DNA of 62,063 nt from IMG/VR virus record IMGVR_UViG_3300021962_000104, positions 1-62,063 of that record. One strand, written 5' to 3'. The DNA is from a virus. Taxonomy: Duplodnaviria; Caudoviricetes. The stretch's first letter is position 1; each line of letters starts with the position of its first letter. This document shows positions 45,985 to 55,661 of the stretch, in pieces. The notes under the pieces are model-generated. The model was not told where the DNA came from. It was given only the letters and a program-made list of their open reading frames with translations, and made no database searches. Position numbers and translations under genes: made by a program.

Positions 45985-47871
45985 ATGAATAGACTACCCA
46001 CGATCTATCAAGATTTTATTCATATTTCACGTTACGCAAGATACAGCGACGAAGTTGGTCGCCGCGAGACTTGGAATGAAACTGTCGATCGCTATGTAAA
46101 CTTTTTCAAGGAAAGAACTGAGAATAATAAGAAGATTCCTTGGGATGATTTGCGTAACGCAATTCTAAATCTTGACGTGATGCCTTCCATGCGTTGTCTA
46201 ATGACCGCAGGTGAGGCATTGAATAAAGATAACGTGGCTGGCTATAATTGCTCTTATCTGCCGATTGATAATCCAAAAGCCTTTGATGAACTGATGTATG
46301 TTCTAATGTGCGGCACTGGCGTTGGCTTCTCAGTTGAATCGCGCTATACAAACAAGATGCCAGAGGTTCCAGAAGAACTACATGAGACCGATACTACAAT
46401 CGTGTTTGCTGATTCCAAGATTGGTTGGGCAAGTGGTTATAGAGAATTCGTTGGTCTACTTTATACTGGTAAGTTGCCTAAGTGGGATGTATCAAAGATT
46501 CGCCCATCAGGTGCAAGGCTCAAGACCTTCGGTGGACGAGCATCAGGACCAGAACCTCTAGTTGATCTTCTAAACTTCACACTCAATATTTTCAAGAAGG
46601 CACGTGGTCGCAAGTTAAGCACCATTGAGTGTCATGATATTGTTTGTAAGATTGCAGACATTGTCGTCGTTGGTGGCGTTCGCCGTTCAGCGTTGATTTC
46701 GCTATCAGATCTCAACGACGATCAGATTCGCCACGCTAAGTCTGGACAGTGGTGGTTGAGTGATGGGCATCGCGCTCTGTCAAACAACTCAGCAGTGTAT
46801 GAGACTAAGCCTGACATGGATACATTTATGAACGAGTGGGTAGCGTTGTATATGTCCAAGTCGGGTGAGCGTGGCATTTTCTCTCGCCAAGCAGCAAAGA
46901 ATGTAGCAGCACGCAATGGTCGTCGCGAACACAATCATGACTTTGGCACCAATCCTTGCTCTGAGATTATTCTTCGTGCTAATGAGTTCTGTAATCTATC
47001 AGAAGTTGTAGTGCGCGCAGGTGATTCTATTACTGATCTAAAGCGCAAGGTGCGTTTGGCTACCATCATTGGTACGCTACAGTCTACACTGACTGACTTC
47101 CGTTTTCTAAACAAGAAGTGGAAGAAGAACTGTGAAGAAGAAAGATTGCTAGGTGTATCATTGACAGGTATCTGCGATCATAAGACGCTGAATAATCCAA
47201 CCAGCCCACGACTACGCGAGTGGTTGGATGAGTTGCGCCTACACGCTGTTGAAACCAACGCTGAGTTTGCAGACATTCTGGACATTCCAGCATCAGCTGC
47301 TATCACCTGCGTCAAGCCATCAGGTACTGTTTCGCAGTTGGTAGACTCAGCGTCAGGTATTCATCCTCGCTATGCGCAGTATTACATTCGTCGTGTTCGT
47401 GCATCAAAGAATGATCCACTGGCTGCGTTCATGGTAAGCAAGGGATACCAAGCAGAAGAAGATTTCTATGGTAAGTCCAACTGGGTGTTCTCCTTCCCAA
47501 TGAAAGCACCAAAGGGTTGTATTACACGCAATGATATGACTGCGATTGAGCAGCTGGAACTTTGGAAGATCTATCAGGATCATTGGTGTGAGCACAAGCC
47601 ATCTATCACTGTTTACGTTGGTGATGATGAGTGGATGGACGTTGGCGCATGGGTGTACAAGAACATCACTTCATTGTCTGGTGTTTCTTTCCTACCACGC
47701 GACAACGGTACATATCGTCAGGCTCCATACGAAGAAATTACTGAAGAGCAGTATAAAGATTTGCTTTCTAAGCAGAACCTAGATATAGTATGGACTGACT
47801 TTATGGAAGAAACTGATACAACCGAAGGTGCGCAGAATCTAGCATGCGTCGCGGGAGTATGTGAGATATAA
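45985..47871 (+). CDS. nrdJ: Class II (adenosylcobalamin-dependent) ribonucleotide reductase
   Basis: YNC, GVGFS, VGGVRRSA, TNPCSEI, TCVKPSGT, C-terminal CVAGVC. No nrdB nearby. Confidence 0.92.
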   Translation: MNRLPTIYQDFIHISRYARYSDEVGRRETWNETVDRYVNFFKERTENNKKIPWDDLRNAILNLDVMPSMRCLMTAGEALNKDNVAGYNCSYLPIDNPKAFDELMYVLMCGTGVGFSVESRYTNKMPEVPEELHETDTTIVFADSKIGWASGYREFVGLLYTGKLPKWDVSKIRPSGARLKTFGGRASGPEPLVDLLNFTLNIFKKARGRKLSTIECHDIVCKIADIVVVGGVRRSALISLSDLNDDQIRHAKSGQWWLSDGHRALSNNSAVYETKPDMDTFMNEWVALYMSKSGERGIFSRQAAKNVAARNGRREHNHDFGTNPCSEIILRANEFCNLSEVVVRAGDSITDLKRKVRLATIIGTLQSTLTDFRFLNKKWKKNCEEERLLGVSLTGICDHKTLNNPTSPRLREWLDELRLHAVETNAEFADILDIPASAAITCVKPSGTVSQLVDSASGIHPRYAQYYIRRVRASKNDPLAAFMVSKGYQAEEDFYGKSNWVFSFPMKAPKGCITRNDMTAIEQLELWKIYQDHWCEHKPSITVYVGDDEWMDVGAWVYKNITSLSGVSFLPRDNGTYRQAPYEEITEEQYKDLLSKQNLDIVWTDFMEETDTTEGAQNLACVAGVCEI

Positions 47872-47872
47872 T

Positions 47873-48862
47873 ATGAAGGTTGCACTAGTTTGCATCGCAA
47901 GATGGGAAGAAAACTACATTGATGAGTGGATAAGATACAATAAATTACTCAATTTCGATAAGATCTTTATCTATGATAATGGTAATGAGTGGAAGAGAGA
48001 TAGTCTTGTTTTCACCGACCCAGATGTAGTATTGGTTAATTGGGAAGGTGATGGTCAAGCAGTTGACGATGTTCCTCCAGCTCCACCAGAAAATTCAGTA
48101 CCAGTAAACCAATCTCAAAACAATTGGAGACAAGAAAGACATAACAGGAACAGAAGAAGAGGTGTGGGATCACCAGAATCAAAACTAAAATCAACAAATT
48201 TGAATAAGACGAATAATAAACAGGTCAGAGCATATAATCATTTTCTAAACAACAATAGAAAAACTATGGAGTATGATTGGATTGCATTCTTAGATTGTGA
48301 TGAGTTTTTAGTATTGAAGAAACACGAAACTATACAGGACTTCATAGAAGAACATAATTTTGAAAAAGATGCTATAGGAATTTATACATACATATTTGGA
48401 GACAATGGATTACATGGAGTGGAGAATGGCAATTACTCTGTTTTAGAAAGATTCACTATGAGAAGAGAACGACATTTTCCTGCAAAAGAACGTCATGGTA
48501 TCAGTAAAACACCAGCATTTTTTATAAAGAGTATCGTTAGAAATACGCCTCATATAAAAATGCTTTCATCACATACTGCCAATATCCCATCAGTTGGCAC
48601 TTCTGGTGATTTAATACTTTGTGACACTGGTAAATTAACTTCATGGACTCATTATGGTATCAGAGATGTTGCTCAAATAAATCATTATTTCGGGAAAACT
48701 GCCGAAGAATTTCATAAAAAAATAGAAAGAGGTAGAGCAACTTCTGGAAGAAAAAGAACTATGGATGAGTTTTATCACCATAATATAAATGAAGTTGAAG
48801 ATACTGATGCATTGGAATTTTATCTTAAAAATTACTGGGTGAACTATGACTATGAAATTTAG
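47873..48862 (+). CDS. Glycosyltransferase (GT2/GT92-like)
   Basis: CIARWEENYIDEWI, IYDN, WIAFLDCDEF, INHYF.KT. Confidence 0.8.
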   Translation: MKVALVCIARWEENYIDEWIRYNKLLNFDKIFIYDNGNEWKRDSLVFTDPDVVLVNWEGDGQAVDDVPPAPPENSVPVNQSQNNWRQERHNRNRRRGVGSPESKLKSTNLNKTNNKQVRAYNHFLNNNRKTMEYDWIAFLDCDEFLVLKKHETIQDFIEEHNFEKDAIGIYTYIFGDNGLHGVENGNYSVLERFTMRRERHFPAKERHGISKTPAFFIKSIVRNTPHIKMLSSHTANIPSVGTSGDLILCDTGKLTSWTHYGIRDVAQINHYFGKTAEEFHKKIERGRATSGRKRTMDEFYHHNINEVEDTDALEFYLKNYWVNYDYEI

Positions 48863-50096
48863 TATTGTAACCGCGACTCATCTTAAGAATTCATTTCTTG
48901 CCGATCTATATCAAAGTTTAGTTGATCAAACTTATAAAGATTGGGAATGGATACTCTATCTTAATGGTGGTGCGCAACCAAATCAACTTCCTAAAAACAT
49001 TCTCGATGACACTCGTGTCAAGGTATTTGTTGACAGTAGCGACAATAGCAAAGTCGGCTTCTTGAAAAATAAAGCATTTCATGCAGGTCGTGGAGATGTT
49101 TTAGTTGAAGTCGATCACGATGATATGCTCTCGATAGATTGTTTAGAAGAACTATACAAAGCATACCAGGATCCAGAGATTGGGTTTGCATATAGTGACG
49201 CAGTAACATGGCATATGACAGATACTTTCCAACCATATGGTTCAGCATTTGGTTGGACGCATAAGAAAGTCAAGTGGAACGATAAAGAATTGATTGCAAT
49301 GGATTCGTTTGAGCCGTCTAGTCGCAGCGTTGCATTTATTTGGTATGCTCCAGATCATGTTCGTTCCTGGAGAACATCAGTCTATAAAGAGATTGGTGGA
49401 CATAATCCAGAACTAGATATTTGCGACGATCACGAATTGATGATTCGCACTTATTTAAATTCTAAAATGCACCGCATACCAAAACCATTATATATCTATA
49501 GAATCACTGGACAAAATACTTGGCTAGAGAGAAACCAAGCAATTCAAAATACAACTGTAGAATTGTTTCATCAATATGCATGGGATCTGGCAGTTAGAGA
49601 AGCGAGATTGCGTGGACTGAGTGTGGTTGAGTTGGGTGGTGGTATTAATCCAAAAGCTGGATGTGATATTAACATTGATCTAGAAGAAGGGAATATGCAA
49701 GCCGATCTAAATGACGGTATTCCTCTTGCTGATAATTCCGTAGGTGTAATCAATGCTTCCCACATTCTAGAACATCTTCACGACAAACATAAGATCATGT
49801 GTGAAATACATAGAGTGTTAGCAGACGGTGGTTGGGCGTTTATACAAGTACCAAGCACAGATGGTCGTGGTGCATTTCAGGATCCAACTCATGTGAGTTA
49901 CTGGAATGAAAATTGTTTCTGGTACTACACTCAAAGAGACAAGGCTGCATTCATTCGAAATGATACAATCAAGTTCCAGGCATTTAAACTCAATACATTC
50001 TACTGGGAACCAAGAGAACACAATATTGCAGTAACAGATGCTTGGTTAGTTGCAATTAAGTCTGATGAAAGAAGACCACATCTAAGAACAATATGA
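48852..50096 (+). CDS. GT2 glycosyltransferase fused to a SAM-dependent methyltransferase
   Basis: QTYKDWEW, EVDHDD, DDHEL; then VELGGG, SHILEH, EIHRVLADGG, DPTHVSYW. Confidence 0.85.
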   Translation: MKFSIVTATHLKNSFLADLYQSLVDQTYKDWEWILYLNGGAQPNQLPKNILDDTRVKVFVDSSDNSKVGFLKNKAFHAGRGDVLVEVDHDDMLSIDCLEELYKAYQDPEIGFAYSDAVTWHMTDTFQPYGSAFGWTHKKVKWNDKELIAMDSFEPSSRSVAFIWYAPDHVRSWRTSVYKEIGGHNPELDICDDHELMIRTYLNSKMHRIPKPLYIYRITGQNTWLERNQAIQNTTVELFHQYAWDLAVREARLRGLSVVELGGGINPKAGCDINIDLEEGNMQADLNDGIPLADNSVGVINASHILEHLHDKHKIMCEIHRVLADGGWAFIQVPSTDGRGAFQDPTHVSYWNENCFWYYTQRDKAAFIRNDTIKFQAFKLNTFYWEPREHNIAVTDAWLVAIKSDERRPHLRTI

Positions 50097-51559
50097 TCTA
50101 TCATCACAGGGATTTATTTCCGCAATTTTGGCAAATAATCATAAAAATGATTGAGGAGAATTACAATTCTCCTGAGTACAACGATCATAATATGATTGTG
50201 GGTATAAATCACGCATCAGTAGAAACCTATAGACAACAACATAGCATAACTGGTCCAGTTATTGCATATCAACTTGAACCGTTAAATGACAATCATTGGT
50301 TCAAGAAAGATTTAATTATAGAAAGATTGCAAGGTGCTGACGAGATTTGGGACTATGATCTCCAAAATCTAGAAATTTTGGATTCTATTGGTTTCAAAAA
50401 TCTTAAATTCAGACCCATGATGTTTACTGATAGTCTACGAACTATCAACAATTCTGATAATCCAGATATAGATGTTTTGTTTTATGGTTCTGTAACTCCA
50501 TATCGAAGCAAGATGATTGATGATCTATTAAACGCTGCTGTAGTTAGATGGGAAGACTACGACATTTACAGCAACTTCAATTTCATATGGTCATTTGGTA
50601 TGTTTGGTAAACAACTTGATGACATGATCGCTAGAAGCAAAATAGTCTTGAATATAAATCCATATGAAGGTCACACTAGACAACAGCAACCTAGAATTTT
50701 TTATGCGCTAAACAACGATAAATGTGTATTGAGTCAAAGATCAGACATAAACTATTATGGTGAATCAATACATCAGTTCTCTGATGCGAATGAATTAGCG
50801 AATAAGATAATACACTTACTGAGAAATGATAACTGGAAGAATAAATCATTCAACCATAACAGGGGATTATTCAATCGTAAGAATAAAAGCAAGATTGCCA
50901 TATTCCACCATGTATGTACTATGAATCACTGGAAGCAAATATACTTAGATCAATTATTTGCCATGCAGAAATCTGGTCTGTATGACGAAGCTGATTACAT
51001 TCATATAGGATTATCTCGTATACAAGAAGATTTTTGTTGGGATCTGGCTAAGGTGAATCACATCCACATAAACGAACATCCAGATCTTGAATCAGATACT
51101 ATGTCAGCAGCAAGAAATTTCGCACGCGCTAACCCAGACTATAAAATATTATATCTGCACACCAAAGGTGTTTCTAGAGCTGGACACACTGTTGAAGAAA
51201 CTAGCACTATGTGGAGAAAGTATCTAGAACACTTTAATGTGATGCATTGGAGAAGGTGTGTAGATCTACTCAATGATCATGATGTTGTTGGTACAGAATT
51301 TCATGACATCGCATGGATCGGAGAACCACCAGTTAAATATGATCTCCCACATTACCATGGGAACTTTTGGTGGGCTACTGGAGAATATCTGAGTAAACTA
51401 AACACAGATTATCTGTATGGTAGAAACACTGAACATCAATGGGGTCGTTACAATGCAGAATTTTGGTTATTCCAAGAGAATCCAAAATATTATAACTTCT
51501 ATACAAATGGTGGGAATCTTTATGATGGAATTGATCCATCACAATATGAGCACATTTAG
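50093..51559 (+). CDS. Two-domain protein: GT-B-like domain plus GNFWWA-family domain
   Basis: DIDVLFYGS...R, SKIVLNI; LYLHTKG, HYHGNFWWA, AEFW. Confidence 0.7.
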   Translation: MIYHHRDLFPQFWQIIIKMIEENYNSPEYNDHNMIVGINHASVETYRQQHSITGPVIAYQLEPLNDNHWFKKDLIIERLQGADEIWDYDLQNLEILDSIGFKNLKFRPMMFTDSLRTINNSDNPDIDVLFYGSVTPYRSKMIDDLLNAAVVRWEDYDIYSNFNFIWSFGMFGKQLDDMIARSKIVLNINPYEGHTRQQQPRIFYALNNDKCVLSQRSDINYYGESIHQFSDANELANKIIHLLRNDNWKNKSFNHNRGLFNRKNKSKIAIFHHVCTMNHWKQIYLDQLFAMQKSGLYDEADYIHIGLSRIQEDFCWDLAKVNHIHINEHPDLESDTMSAARNFARANPDYKILYLHTKGVSRAGHTVEETSTMWRKYLEHFNVMHWRRCVDLLNDHDVVGTEFHDIAWIGEPPVKYDLPHYHGNFWWATGEYLSKLNTDYLYGRNTEHQWGRYNAEFWLFQENPKYYNFYTNGGNLYDGIDPSQYEHI

Positions 51560-51562
51560 TCT

Positions 51563-52282
51563 ATGAAACCAATTGCAATATTCTATCATGTTTATCAAAA
51601 GCCAGTAACTAATTTAGTGTTAACAAGTTGGCAGCAGATATTTGGTGATCAGATTAATAGATTGAAAAACAGTATGCTATATGACGCCGCCAGTTATGTT
51701 CAGATAAACGTGAACGGAAGAGAAGAAATACCAATAATTGATAATAAGACCAGAGTGAATTATAATCAATTATTAGATTGTGAAGCCGAAACACTAACAG
51801 ATTTATGGCTTTTCGCTAATTACAACCCAGATTATGCGATACTATACTTCCATACCAAAGGTGTTTCATTTGTCGATTCGAATATTGAAATAATTAGAAA
51901 TGTAGAATCTTGGAGAGACTACATGGAATACTTCAATATAGACTTATGGATGAGGAGTGTCGCTACTCTAGATGAGTATGATTGTTGTGGCACTGAAATG
52001 GTCGAGCATGTTTGTATAGGTGGTAAAGAATGGGTCGCACCATGTTATGGTGGTAATTTTTGGTGGGCTAATGCCAGTTACATTAAAAAATTAGATCCAA
52101 GATATCTACACAATAGAGAAGTCGATTGGTGGAGATGGGCTTCAGAATTCTGGATTGGAACTCAAAATCCAAAAATGTATAATTACTATACCAGTCCTGG
52201 TAAGTATGGTAAAGACAAATATCACGACAAAGTTACTAGACAAGAAGCGTTGTTGAGTTTACAGAATCGCAAAGGTGATTGA
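51563..52282 (+). CDS. GNFWWA-family putative glycosyltransferase
   Basis: LYFHTKG, YGGNFWWANASYI, SEFWIG. Confidence 0.6.
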   Translation: MKPIAIFYHVYQKPVTNLVLTSWQQIFGDQINRLKNSMLYDAASYVQINVNGREEIPIIDNKTRVNYNQLLDCEAETLTDLWLFANYNPDYAILYFHTKGVSFVDSNIEIIRNVESWRDYMEYFNIDLWMRSVATLDEYDCCGTEMVEHVCIGGKEWVAPCYGGNFWWANASYIKKLDPRYLHNREVDWWRWASEFWIGTQNPKMYNYYTSPGKYGKDKYHDKVTRQEALLSLQNRKGD

Positions 52283-52283
52283 T

Positions 52284-54002
52284 ATGAAAAAGCCAAAGAT
52301 ATGTATGATTACAATGTTCAAGAATGAGGCTCATTCCATAAAAAATATGTTGGAATCAGTTGCTCCTCATATAAGTTTTTGGGTTATACAGAATAATGGA
52401 TCAACAGATGGAACTCCAGAAGTTGTCAAGGAATGGGCTGATAGAACAGGCATTCCAGGAATATTGTACGAAGTGGAAGAAGGATGGGTGAACTTCGGAT
52501 GGAATAGAGACCATTTGTTACAAAAGACTCTACAATCCGATCATGGCTGCGATTGGATCATGAAGATGGATTGCGACGAAACTCTAGTTGTTGATGATGA
52601 TTTTGATTGGTCGCCGTTTAATAACATTGATATGCAGTCGTTTAATGTCACAGCAACAGCTCCAGGAATCATTTATCTGAGAACATGGATCTGGAATTCT
52701 AAACTACCATGGAAATTCAATCACGATCCTGCTCATGAGACAATCTATCTAGATGATGGTGTGACAAATGAAAACTATCAAACATTCACGCTAGACAAAA
52801 AGTTCAGAATGAATGCGGGTGCTGTGCATGGAGAAAGTTATACTGTTCCAACCAAGTATATCAGCGATGCTCTGAAACTAGAAGAAAAGTTACTTCGCGA
52901 ACAAACAATGTTAACAGATCTGTATCACTTCTGGTACATTGGTAAGTCATATGAAGATTGCTACAGAGGCAATTTTTTCCCACTAAAAGAACTACACCAA
53001 GAAGAATATGCAAAGCGTTGTATGTTCTACTTCAAGGAAGTTGTAAATCATAGCCATAAATCTTATCGTGAAACTGGAACTCCAGAACGCTGGGATGAGA
53101 TGGCTTACTATGCAATGTGTGCTGTTGGAAATGCGCATCGTTTTCTAAAGCAATATGAGAAAGCGATTGAATACTATAATAGAGCAGAGCCATTTTTCCC
53201 AATCAGAAATGATCATTTGATGTATCTCGCCGAGATACATTGGGAGTTGCGCGATTATAAGAGAATGCATCATTACACAAGCATCATGATGCAACCAGAA
53301 AGAACTTGTCCATTCCCCAATGCAGTGTTCCTAATCAGCCCAGGAATGTATCATGACGGAGGTGGGTATCCTGAGCATCTACACAAGGTTTCTATTGATG
53401 GTATGACTAATACCCAAGAAGAAAGTGTATTTGCAGTGAATAGATACTCACAAAAGAAAAGATTTTGGGTAGTTGATAACTTTTACGATGATCCATACCT
53501 AGTTAGAAATTATGCGATGCAGCAAGAATATGAAGTGTCATCTGATTGGTACAAAGGTCGCAGAACTTTCAAACAGTATCTATTCCCTCAATTAAAACCT
53601 AAATTTGAAGAAGTTATGGGTATCAAAATTCGTCAATGGGAAACTTATCCTATGAATGGTAGGTTCCAATTTTGCATACCAGAAGATAGATTGGTATATC
53701 ATTATGATAGCCAGACATGGGCTGCAATGATTTATCTAACACCGAATGCGCCACCATCTACTGGCACTTCTTTCTACGCACATAAAGGTACAAATATTCG
53801 TCACATTGAAGAACATCCTGAAGCGGACAATTGTTTTTCTGGTGGATTTTATGACAGCACGAAATTTGAATTGGTTGATACAATTGGTAATGTATTTAAT
53901 CGTTTGGTAATCTTTGATGCGAGATTATTTCATGCAGCATCAGGATATTTCGGGCAAAATATACAAGACTCAAGATTATTTCAAATATTTTTCTTTGACT
54001 AA
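52284..54002 (+). CDS. GT2 - TPR - 2OG-Fe(II) oxygenase fusion
   Basis: MFKNE..GSTDGT..NFGWNR..MDCDE; TPR helices; VVDNFY, HYD, YLTP, FNRL, FH, RLFQ.FF. Confidence 0.8.
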   Translation: MKKPKICMITMFKNEAHSIKNMLESVAPHISFWVIQNNGSTDGTPEVVKEWADRTGIPGILYEVEEGWVNFGWNRDHLLQKTLQSDHGCDWIMKMDCDETLVVDDDFDWSPFNNIDMQSFNVTATAPGIIYLRTWIWNSKLPWKFNHDPAHETIYLDDGVTNENYQTFTLDKKFRMNAGAVHGESYTVPTKYISDALKLEEKLLREQTMLTDLYHFWYIGKSYEDCYRGNFFPLKELHQEEYAKRCMFYFKEVVNHSHKSYRETGTPERWDEMAYYAMCAVGNAHRFLKQYEKAIEYYNRAEPFFPIRNDHLMYLAEIHWELRDYKRMHHYTSIMMQPERTCPFPNAVFLISPGMYHDGGGYPEHLHKVSIDGMTNTQEESVFAVNRYSQKKRFWVVDNFYDDPYLVRNYAMQQEYEVSSDWYKGRRTFKQYLFPQLKPKFEEVMGIKIRQWETYPMNGRFQFCIPEDRLVYHYDSQTWAAMIYLTPNAPPSTGTSFYAHKGTNIRHIEEHPEADNCFSGGFYDSTKFELVDTIGNVFNRLVIFDARLFHAASGYFGQNIQDSRLFQIFFFD

Positions 54003-54003
54003 A

Positions 54004-54158
54004 TACTACAGGCGGCTGGCATGATGCGCATGCAGCAGGTGAGAGGAAGCTGGAGGGACTAAGTCCTGCATCACTAAGGCAATCCGCCTCAACGGTTAGG
54101 GAGTCTATACTGACTCACTGCGGCACCCCGATGGGTTAAACCCCATTCGTCTGTAGTA
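54004..54158 (+). ncRNA. Candidate multi-stem structured RNA
   Basis: 12-bp terminal helix enclosing several hairpins, preceded by late-promoter-like ACTAAATA (53998-54005). Confidence 0.5.
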
Positions 54159-54174
54159 ACTTTAGGAGAAGAAA

Positions 54175-54492
54175 ATGGCAGACAACGAATACGATTTTGG
54201 ATTCTCATTTGCTGATGAATCCGAAGCACTGTCAACAATACAACCAACACCAGCACCAGCAGCACCAACTGTATCACCAGAAGATCTTGCTGCATTACAG
54301 AGTAAGATTGATGGTGTTCTGAGCCAAAACTCAGAAGTATACAAGGCTAAACTAAAGGAAGTCGAAGGGCTAATTCTACCACTACTATATAATCTGATGA
54401 AGAATCCAGAAAAGGTTTATATCAAATGGGAAAACCGCACTGAGATTATTCAGAAACAGATTAATAAAATTTTAGCGGTTACAAGGAGTTAG
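54175..54492 (+). CDS. Conserved phage hypothetical protein
   Basis: DFGFSF, ILPLL.NL.KNP.K.YI.W.NR. SD AGGAG. Confidence 0.75.
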   Translation: MADNEYDFGFSFADESEALSTIQPTPAPAAPTVSPEDLAALQSKIDGVLSQNSEVYKAKLKEVEGLILPLLYNLMKNPEKVYIKWENRTEIIQKQINKILAVTRS

Positions 54493-54494
54493 TC

Positions 54495-54695
54495 ATGGCT
54501 GAATTGGAAAAAGAGCATGCGTGTGATAACTGCGGATCAAAGTATCGCTTGCTGTATGACGAAGATCAGGTTGCATATACACCAGACAATTGCCCATTCT
54601 GCGGCGATCTAGTTGAAGGTTATGATGATCTAGACATTGAAGAAGAAACCTGTGATAGAGATGTTGAGTCCGACTGGGATACTTGGGGAGAATAA
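54495..54695 (+). CDS. Zinc-ribbon protein
   Basis: CDNC...CPFCG, acidic tail. Confidence 0.7.
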   Translation: MAELEKEHACDNCGSKYRLLYDEDQVAYTPDNCPFCGDLVEGYDDLDIEEETCDRDVESDWDTWGE

Positions 54696-55318
54696 TGATC
54701 TTCGTGGGGATCGACTATTCCCTCACTTCTCCCTGTGTCTGTATTAGTAAAGATAAAGTATTTGATCACTGTTTCTTTCACTTTTTAACAGACAACAAGA
54801 AGCACGTCGGAAAAGTACACAACATACTTGGTGATGAGCACGACGAGTATTTGATAGACGCGCAGCGTTACGAGAACATTGCTTCTTGGGTTCTCAATGC
54901 GCTACCACCGCCATCTGATGATGTGCAAATTATGATTGAGGATTATTCATACGGATCGAAAGGCAAGGTGTTTCACATTGCCGAGAACTGCGGATTGCTG
55001 AAGTATCTTCTATGGAAGGAAGGATACAAGTATTTCACTGTTGCACCAACTGTAGTGAAAAAGTATGCAACTGGAAAGGGCAACGCTGATAAACAGAAGA
55101 TGTATGATGCGTTTTACGAGAACACTCAACTGGATCTGATTTCTGTATTTTCAAAGACTGGTAGACTTACATCTCCTGTAACTGATATTGTGGATGCTTA
55201 TTACTTGACATGCTACATGCACGATAGTATACTAGAACGAAAGGAAACCACAAATGAAAGAAACGAAAGAAACAGAAGAACAAACAAACAATCTCTATCT
55301 AGAAAGCAACAACTATGA
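54695..55318 (+). CDS. RuvC-like Holliday junction resolvase
   Basis: VGIDYSLTSP, IEDYS, P..VKK.ATGKGNA.K, DIVDAY. Confidence 0.85.
   Translation: MIFVGIDYSLTSPCVCISKDKVFDHCFFHFLTDNKKHVGKVHNILGDEHDEYLIDAQRYENIASWVLNALPPPSDDVQIMIEDYSYGSKGKVFHIAENCGLLKYLLWKEGYKYFTVAPTVVKKYATGKGNADKQKMYDAFYENTQLDLISVFSKTGRLTSPVTDIVDAYYLTCYMHDSILERKETTNERNERNRRTNKQSLSRKQQL
55205..55233 (+). promoter_or_regulatory. Sigma70-type promoter
   Basis: TTGACA-N17-TATACT. Confidence 0.55.
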
Positions 55319-55655
55319 TGGTCTTGTGTGGGGCGTTGAAGAGGATGGTACACTGTTCACTGGTTTCAATGTAAAGGAAACCAAGAAGAAGAAGCCAAAG
55401 CCACATGAACTTGGTTATCGTTACAACATCCTATGTTTCAAGCAACATGATGATGATTCAGTAGATGTATTTCAAGCCATCATTGGCGATCCTTATGCTT
55501 ATGCTCTGGGGTTGAGTCGTGTGGGTCTCAACGGAATCATGTTCAAGTCCAAGTTCTTGACCAAGGCTGAAATGCGAGATGGTTTTGAAAGTGCTCTTAC
55601 AAATTACGGATTCTCCAAGAAGATCGTGAATGGTATAATCAAAAAGTTGAAATAG
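55254..55655 (+). CDS. Hypothetical protein
   Basis: SD AAGGA, downstream of a promoter. Confidence 0.65.
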   Translation: MKETKETEEQTNNLYLESNNYDGLVWGVEEDGTLFTGFNVKETKKKKPKPHELGYRYNILCFKQHDDDSVDVFQAIIGDPYAYALGLSRVGLNGIMFKSKFLTKAEMRDGFESALTNYGFSKKIVNGIIKKLK

Positions 55656-55661
55656 GATTTT

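Noticed and set aside
18947-47871. Introns or inteins in gp43, gp41, uvsX, thyX, nrdJ
   Set aside because: All are uninterrupted ORFs of ordinary length with contiguous motifs.
54036-54056. Resemblance of CAGGTGAGAGGAAGCTGG to RNase P (GAGGAAAGUCC) or SRP helix 8
   Set aside because: No complementary 3' P4 strand and no GNRA-capped SRP stem, so the RNA is left unassigned.
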